From: Eledone cirrhosa
Lineage: Eukaryota
NCBI GenBank assembly: GCA_964016885.1
Contig: OZ024740.1
Location: forward strand, 388,864,001-388,928,000
Direction of reading: 5' to 3'
DNA: 64,000 nucleotides
The notes below the pieces were generated by a model. The model ran no database searches. It had not been told where the DNA came from and was given only the letters and a program-made list of their open reading frames with translations. The position numbers were made by a program, and so were the translations under genes. The number at the start of each line of letters is the position of its first letter. The stretch's first letter is position 1. Below, one piece after another: positions 56,153-64,000 of the stretch.

Positions 56153-56410
56153 ATCATCATCATCATCATCATCATCATCGTTTAACGTCCATCTTTCACA
56201 CTAGCATGGGTTTGGACGGTAATTTTCCCACTTGAGGCAAGATTGGTTGTCTTGCTCGTATAGGACTGTCTGCGGGTTTTCTACGGCTGGATACCCTTCC
56301 TAACACCAACCACGTTTACAGTGTGGACTGGGAGGTTTTTACCATGTTACCTACACGGCCACATTACAGCGTGGACTGTGTGTTTTTTGTCATGACACCT
56401 ACACGACCTC
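56153..56410 (-). mobile_element. SINE remnant with (ATG)n tail
   Basis: (CAT)n-CGTTTAACGTCC...TTCTACGGCTGGATACCCTTCCTAACACCAACCAC. Resembles a common mollusc SINE core (from recollection, not a search). Confidence 0.55.
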
Positions 56411-56484
56411 ATTTATATATATATATATATATATATATTATTCATAATAATAATAAATGAAGACATTCACATAATCAAAATATG

Positions 56485-56546
56485 TTTTATTATATATATT
56501 TCGAAGGTACTGTGCGGTTTTTTCAGTACGTTCTCGTCAGATAAAA
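56485..56546 (-). ncRNA. Minimal type I hammerhead ribozyme (sense to the dipeptidase pre-mRNA)
   Basis: Reverse complement of 56686-56747. Confidence 0.78.
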
Positions 56547-56685
56547 TACATGAATTTATGTATGACATACCTCAACTGTCTTGATAGTTCAATTCCACTA
56601 TTGGCAGATAGTTTATTTCCAGCACTGCCAATACTGGAATTGAACTATCAAGACAGTTCAGGTATGTCATACATCAATTCATGTA

Positions 56686-56747
56686 TTTTATCTGACGAGA
56701 ACGTACTGAAAAAACCGCACAGTACCTTCGAAATATATATAATAAAA
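56686..56747 (+). ncRNA. Minimal type I hammerhead ribozyme
   Basis: TTTTAT-CTGACGA-GAACGTACTG...CAGTACCTTC-GAA-ATATATAT-A/ATAAAA. Confidence 0.8.
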
Positions 56748-56887
56748 CATATATTTTGATTATGTGAATGTCTTCATTTATTATTATTCTGAATAATAAT
56801 AACTCCAGAAAACTTTTACTGTATAGTGCTTTTAATCTATTGTAAGATTATATTCATAGAGTAATCAATGAACCGTATTAATCTTTG

Positions 56888-56940
<53 letters not shown>

Positions 56941-57017
56941 GTGATGTGCCAGAAAAAATATAGGATTGGGGTCGCAAAATAAATATTTCAAGTTGGATTT
57001 TGGATTTCAAATCTTTT

Positions 57018-57146
<129 letters not shown>

Positions 57147-57485
57147 CTCTCTCTCTCTCTCTCTCTCATTTCTCATCTCTTGCTTTAAACTCTATTTCTT
57201 CTTTTCTCTCCCACTCTCCGTTCAATATTCAGTTATATTTTAACCCGACTTTTTAATATACATATAGCATTCAGCTACCCTTCGCGTCGAGTATACTACA
57301 ATTTTACCAATGTGTGTGTGTGAACCCTGCCATTTTCCCACAACATATTATCCTTACTATGCATTCAAAGTTTAACCAGTAATAATATTATCATTTCCAT
57401 CATTATTACCACATCCGTACCAGTAGTCTGTGAAAACTATATGACTTTTGTCGCAGTGAAGATAATCAGATTGAATGGGACTTAC

Positions 57486-57621
57486 TTCTTCAACTGCTTT
57501 AAATACACGAAGTAAATTCCCACCAGCCAGCTTAGCAAGTTCTTCGTTCGTCCAGCCACGAGTTGCTAGTTCAGCAAATAAGTCCGGGTACTTTGATGTG
57601 TCTTCTAAACCAATAGGAACA
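57486..57621 (-). CDS. Membrane dipeptidase (peptidase M19, DPEP-like), penultimate exon
   Basis: Acceptor ATTTCAG and donor GTAAGT; reads [45 protein letters not shown]. Matches the conserved DPEP GLEDVSKYPDLIAEL...W...NLLRVF..VE segment. Confidence 0.95.
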
Positions 57622-58163
57622 CTGAAATTAAATAAATATGTTTAAACATATATTTAATTTTAATCACATACGAGTTTGCAGGGGCTTTAATCCTAATCTA
57701 GTCTTATCGCTGGTGTTTATTTTTTTCTAATCTCTTCTGTTAGATGAAAGACACATTGAACTACCTGATAGATCAGAGTTTCTAGTTAAATCTAGCTTTC
57801 ATCAATTTATATTTGCTTGATTTTCTTTGAAGCTTTGTTAGTTTATTTGACAAAATTGTTGATTTTACATTCTTTATTGTTAATATGTACAAGATGGCTT
57901 ACATAAGCAGCTGCGTGGTCAATGTTTCATATCTTAGCAATGTAACATTACAATAAAATAATATAGCCAATGCTGATTCCGGTCAAATCCGTTTCAACTC
58001 AGTAACTAATATGTGACTAATCAATAACCAGACAAGATACGATTAAAACAGAACACAAAGGCAATAAAACAATAGAGAAGCTAATAGTTGAAGGTAATTG
58101 GGGTTTTTTTTCAAGAAAACAAATAACACAAATAGAGATATTGGACAGTGATCCTTCATTTAC

Positions 58164-58378
58164 AGAAAAAGAAGAAGAAAAAGAAGAAGAAAGAAAAAGA
58201 AAGAAAATAGAAGAAGAAGAAGAAAAAGAAAGAAAAGCAAAGAAGAATAAAAAGAAAGAAAAGGAAAGAAGAAGAAGAAAAAGAGAGAAAAGGAAAGAAG
58301 AAGAAAAAGAAAGAAGAAGAAGAAGAAGAAGAAGAAGAAGAAGAAGAAGAAGAAGAAGAAGAAGAAGAAGAAGAAAGG
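58164..58378. repeat. (GAA)n-rich purine tract
   Basis: Seen directly. Confidence 0.92.
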
Positions 58379-59063
58379 AGAGAGGTATTTTATCAGAGAT
58401 GCAACATGTTTGAATGTCAAACAGGAAGTAGAGGAGTAAATGAAGCCGCTTTTTAACAAACCTGAATATAAAAAGCGTACAAAAGGGTGATGAAATGAAA
58501 TGGAATATGTGTATATCAACAACCTTGGATTAGAATGGGTATGCCAATTTGTATGCGCAGGATGAATAAAAATAAGTGGTAGCGGCTAATGTGTACAAGG
58601 AGTCATAGTGTGTGGTGGTGTAGTGGTGGATTGGCGGCTAAATTGTATATGTAACAAAGACGGCTTATGTGGTTACGTACGGTATGTACATGAGAACAGA
58701 TAAAGTGAAGTAAGTATGAAGTATGTTTATGTGTTGTGACTTAATAGTGACAGGTATGAATCAGTTGTCCTGTGCATATGTGATGAACAAGGTATGATAT
58801 TAATGGGGTGGATGTGTTATGGTATTGGGGCGAGTTAATTTTCTGTTACATCTTAAAATTTGATGGAAAAGAATGTTATATATTTTTAGCTTTTCCTTGC
58901 TCGTCAGGTGGGTAAACGTTCCCACGACCCACCTATTATTCACACACAAGTAACAAGTAAATATGTGTGTGTGCATATGTGTGTGTTCTACCTAACTCGT
59001 CCCATGGACTGAGTGCTCTACCACTACGCTTATGACCTTCCACTATAATATTATATATATATG

Positions 59064-59166
<103 letters not shown>

Positions 59167-59298
59167 GTGAGGTTTTTTTTACAAAATGAAAAATAATCGA
59201 GGTGTCCTACACGAGTGAAAGTATAAAGAAAAAGAGATGAAATCGAAAATACAACTGGAGTCTTATTTTTTTTTTTAAATATATATATTTATTTGGTT

Positions 59299-59337
59299 CC
59301 TTTACCGGTTTCGCAGTTCTTCTGCTTTTCAAAAGGT
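59299..59337 (-). ncRNA. Degenerate hammerhead ribozyme motif
   Basis: Minus strand reads CCTT-TTGAAAA-GCAG AAGAA CTGC-GAA-ACCGGT-A/AAGG. All stems and the palindromic helix III are intact; the CUGANGA box carries two mutations. Confidence 0.5.
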
Positions 59338-60264
59338 GAGTTGAGATGGAGGGTCTGTGGTTTTTCTCACATCTGGTTGGTCTCTGAATGTTACTTGTTT
59401 TATATGGAAAAAGTGGCTCGAAATGCCAGGTTTTTCGAGAAGTAATTTGATTGGTTTGTCAATAATTATAATAAATTTCGCGCCAGTTCGCGTTACAATA
59501 GTTCTTCAAATAAGAGAGGGGGGGGTTGTCACAGGTTGTTTTTTCATATATGAGTGTTTGAATTTCTTTTTACTTGAAAAAAGGAGGCTCACGAAGGCTT
59601 TTTTGGGGTTGGTTATAAATGAAATTTGGCTGTCACGTGAACAAGTTTTCATTACATTTTTGCGCCCTTATTTGGAAAACTATTCTGTAGTCTTTATAGT
59701 GAATGTTATGACAATGGAGAGATAGTGGTCAAGAGAAAAGGGATTGGGAGAAATGTTCTGGTTCAGTGAATATGGCCAGCTCGCCGGGGTGTCAGAGTTC
59801 AGATTTTCTATTGAAGTGAAGATAAGTATGTTTATTTGTGTGCTTGTGTGTGTGTATGTGTGTGTGTGTGTGTGTGTATGTGTGTATTGGAAGATGATTC
59901 TATTAGTAGAGATGGGGGGAGGGAGTTGTGTGTGTGTGTATATGGGTGTTATGTGTGTGTGTGCGAGTTGTTAAGATGGAGAGAATATATATTTTGTGTG
60001 TGTGTATATATATATGTGTGTAGGAAAGTGGTTCTATTAGTAGAAATGGGGAGGGAGTTGTAGGTGTGGGGGTTGTTATGTGTGTGTATGGGTGTTATGT
60101 GTGTGGGAGTATGGTTAGCATGTTAAGATGAAGAGAATATATATATATATTGTGTGTGTGTGTGTGTATGTGTGTGTGTAGGAAAGTGATTCCTTTAGTA
60201 GGAATATTTTTGAATGAACATATTTTCCTTACTTTTTCGTGTTTGCTGTTGTATTGCCAGTGCA

Positions 60265-60500
60265 AACGTATGTTAAGGTTTATTTAGTTCGGGTTTTTAT
60301 TTTCTAAAGTAGAAGGTGTTATGTGTGTGTGTGTATGTCATATTGTGGTGTTGGAAAATATGTTTATTCAAAAATATAGACCAACATTAAATAAGGTTTA
60401 ATATACATTATGTCAACACCACAATATGACATACACACACACACATAACACCTTCTACTTTAGAAAATAAAAACCCGAACTAAATAAACCTTACATACGT
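60265..60500. repeat. Inverted repeat, ~90-bp arms with ~60-bp spacer
   Basis: AACGTATGT(T)AAGGTTTATTTAGTTCGGG...TGTGGTGTTG and its reverse complement at 60413-60500. Confidence 0.88.
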
Positions 60501-60687
60501 TCTTCCTCACTTTTCGTTGCTTTACCATTTTTGTTTCTCGCTCGTCCCCCTTATTTACGTGTCCTAACGACTTTCTTTAGCCGTTGCTCGCACCAATCGG
60601 AGGTATATGGTCTTTAAAGCGAAGTAATACCGATGATGGTTGAAAGATCACTGATGAAGGACCACTTTATTCATATATATACATATC

Positions 60688-62116
60688 AGTAAGGTCATGG
60701 AGCGAGTCGTCAGAAAGAAACTAATCACTTTCCTCGAAGAAAATGACCGCCTGACTAGCACGCAACATGGCTTCCGCCCAGAAAGAAGCTGCCTTACACA
60801 GCTGCTACATCACTACGACTGGGTACTGAGACAACTACTAGACAGCTCACATGTGGACGTGATATATCTTGACTTTGCGAAGGCCTTTGACAAGGTCGAC
60901 CACGGAATGATATGTCACAAACTACACGGACTCGGCATAACTGGAAAAGTAGGTGAGTGGCTGCATGGCTTCCTAAGGGACAGAAGCCAGGCAGTCGCAG
61001 CAAATGGGGCCCTCTCGAGGGAAACACCGATAACAAGTGGGGTGCCCCAGGGGACAGTCCTGGGACCACTGTCTTGGTGGCTCTCTCGGACATGCCCTCT
61101 GTGGTGCATGCAACAACATCCCTCACTAGCTATGCTGATGACACTAAGGTAGCACAGGCAATCAAAAACCCGGCTGACGCTGCCCTTTTACAGCAGGATC
61201 TGGATGCCATATACAGATGGGCGGAAGAAAACAACATGCAGTTTAATGCTGGCAAATTCCAAGCCCTACAATACAAACATGCAAACACAAATATAGTGGA
61301 ACACAGCTACACAGGACCAGGAGGGACCGATATCCCCGTGTCAAAATCGATACGAGACCTGGGCATAGACATGAGCGATGATGCATCTTTTTCTTCACAC
61401 ATCATGAAAGTGGCGACAACGTGCAGACGACTCGCTGGCTGGATCTTGAGGACTTTCCGGACAAGAGATCGAGACACCATGTTGACACTGTGGAGGACTT
61501 TTGTCCTAAGCCGCCTGGACTACTGCTCCCAGTTGTGGTCACCCCATAGTGTCAAACTAACCACGGAGCTTGAGGCAATCCAGCGAAGCTACACCAAGAG
61601 GATTGCCAAGATGAGGGAGACAAGCTACTGGGAGAATCTAAAGGAACTGAACCTCTACTCCTTGGAGCGAAGACGGGAGAGATACGCAGTGATCTACATG
61701 TGGAAAATCTTGGAGGGACTAGCACCAAACTTTGGCATTGGGAGCTGGACCAACCGTCGAACAGGACGTCACTGTGTGGTGCCAAAGGTCCCGTCTTCCA
61801 CATCTAGAATAAGCAGCAGGTATTGCAATAGCCTGGGATTCAAGGGCCCTCAACTCTTCAACAGGCTACCGAGGCATCTGAGAGACTTGCATGACGTGGA
61901 GGTGGATGTCTTTAAGAAACATCTCGACACCTTGTTATCCAGGATCCCGGATGAGCCCACAGCAAGACACGAGGGAAACCTAAGGGCAGCAGCAACAAAC
62001 TCCCTCTTACACCAGTGGCCAACCTATACAGGCTGGAGATAAAATGTGTAGCAACAAGGGCGGTGCCCCAGCATGGCCTCAGCCAGATGGCTGAAACAGG
62101 TAAAAGAGTAAAAGAG

Positions 62117-62119
<3 letters not shown>
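60688..62119 (+). mobile_element. 5'-truncated CR1/Jockey-group LINE (RT, 3' UTR, (GTAAAAGA)n tail), one frameshift near 61070
   Basis: Motifs QHGFR, DVIYLDFAKAFDKVDH, SGVPQGTVLGP, SYADDTK, RLDYCSQLWSP; stop at 62042; tandem-repeat tail. Confidence 0.93.
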
Positions 62120-62208
<89 letters not shown>

Positions 62209-62427
62209 GATATATATATATGATATTATATATATATATATATATGATATTATATATATATATATACTATATAATATTTTGAGAATAAGCTCTCAGTCCT
62301 TTACAATAATGTATATATATATATATGATATATATATATATATATATATGATATATATATATATATATATATGATATTATATATATGTATATATATATAT
62401 ATGATATTGTATATATATATATATATG

Positions 62428-62585
<158 letters not shown>

Positions 62586-62603
62586 TAGATAGATAGATAT
62601 GAT

Positions 62604-63465
62604 ATTATATATATGCAAGTATGTATGTATGTATACGTACATACATATATGTATACAGACATACAGTAGTATGTATATATATATATATATACATACATGC
62701 ACACATATATATATATATGCACGTATCGGTTTACCGAACATTTATTATAATGCTCGGTTTGTTTGTTTGTAAACAAACAAACAGCCCGAATTATGCCGTA
62801 CTGTGTTTAGGCAACCACGTCACCTTTTTGTTCAACACTAACACAGGAACGGTAAACCGATACGTGCATATATATATAAGTGTGCATGTATGTATATATA
62901 TACATACTGCTGTACGTCTGTATACATATATGTATGTACGTATACATACATACATACTTACATTTAAGTAAGTGCCGTACTAAGAGTGAGAAATGAAATT
63001 TCGTTTCATTCTATTCCATTTATCATTTTCGGTGTGCCCGGCCGACTGAACTCACTCGATATGCAAATTAGGCTGCTCATCCGTTAATATGCATAAGGAA
63101 AGTATATACTTTCAGACGTTCAACCATCTGGCAGGAAGGTATACGATGCTGACGATAGCTAATAAGCTTGAAACTAGTACATCGTTCCTGTGTCAGTGTT
63201 GAACAAAAAGGTGACGTGGTTGCCTAAACACTGTACGGCGTAATTCGGGCTGTTTGTTTGTTTACAAACAAACAAACCGAGCATTATAATAAATGTTCGG
63301 TAAACCGTTACGTGCATATATATATAAGTGTGCATGTATGTATATATATACATACTACTGTACGTCTGTATACATATATGTATATACGTATACATACATA
63401 CATACTTACATTTAAGTAAGTGCCGTACTAAGAGTGAGAAATGAAATTTCGTTTCATTCTATTCC

Positions 63466-63466
<1 letters not shown>
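62604..63466 (+). mobile_element. Non-coding PLE-type/retrozyme-like unit: inverted copy + direct repeat + HHR
   Basis: 62604-62850 is the reverse complement of ~63184-63407, and 62851-63018 is a direct repeat of 63299-63466. HHR at 63143-63185; flanked by (TA)n. Confidence 0.8.
63143..63185 (+). ncRNA. Minimal type I hammerhead ribozyme
   Basis: ACGATG-CTGACGA-TAGCT AATA AGCTT-GAA-ACTAGT-A/CATCGT. Stem I extendable by CAGGAA/TTCCTG; predicted cut after 63179. Confidence 0.82.
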
Positions 63467-63537
<71 letters not shown>

Positions 63538-63542
63538 TATAT

Positions 63543-64000
63543 AAAACTAACCCTTAAGGAACATATGTTCAAATTCAATGGAAAAACATATGCCCAAGAG
63601 GAGGGAGCAGCCATTGGCGTTAGCATTGCAGGTGACATAGCTAACCTATTCATGGTATGGTGGTACAATAAACTTAAAGAACTATTAGAAGACAACAATC
63701 TCTTAACCCTGATTATGTACTCCCGCTACGTTGATGATATAAACATCGGAGTAAAAACGCCCCACTAAAGATCAGTCAGGAACTAGAGAAAAACACCATG
63801 GAAAGCATCCAGCAAATAGCTAACGCCTTCCACCAGAGTATCAAAGTTACTATAGACTACCCAAGCAAACACTCCAACCATCGATTACCTGTACTAGACA
63901 CAGAGCTCTGGTTAGAAACCATTAATAATAAAAATAATAAAAAAATCCTCCATTCCCATTATGCCAAACCCATGACTTCCAAATACCTGATCCACCGAAA
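63543..64000 (+). mobile_element. PLE RT fragment related to family C, running off the window end
   Basis: FKFNGKTYAQEEGAAIGVSIAGDIANLFMVWW...YSRYVDDI, then IKVTIDYPSKHSNHRLPVLDTELW...HYAKPMTSKYLI. Confidence 0.88.

Larger units (their letters stand above)
56436..56800. repeat. Intronic fold-back palindrome (~170-bp arms), each arm carrying a complete hammerhead ribozyme
   Basis: Arms 56436-56608 and 56624-56800 are reverse complements. Confidence 0.9.

Noticed and set aside
58141-58522. Lys/Arg/Glu-rich and Phe-rich ORFs
   Set aside because: (GAA)n repeat translations.

Overview
AT-rich, microsatellite-dense eukaryotic DNA. The repeat landscape and SINE motifs suggest an octopus or other cephalopod (inference). 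The only host gene I can support is the 3' end of a minus-strand membrane-dipeptidase (peptidase M19/DPEP-like) gene, with exons at 57486-57621 and 55145-55237. The rest is retroelement-derived. The centrepiece is a ~24 kb nest (22.4-46.9 kb) of Penelope-like elements (PLEs; RT plus C-terminal GIY-YIG endonuclease) in tandem and inverted arrangement. Family A has two long ORF copies tail-to-tail and five pseudo-LTR copies. Family B is a 6.3 kb near-perfect palindrome inserted into a (TA)n tract of family A. Other PLE families, RTE, CR1-type and CRE-type LINE remnants, SINEs, a MITE and a 4.8 kb variant minisatellite are also present. Reading the non-coding DNA shows more than a dozen minimal type I hammerhead ribozyme (HHR) motifs with palindromic helix III. 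These include a family-A variant with a ~115-nt stem II, one HHR split between two inverted fragments, and small palindromes that appear to have formed by fold-back inside HHR stem II. Most ORFs in the supplied track are microsatellite artefacts. All structures were derived by eye, and element boundaries are approximate unless stated.
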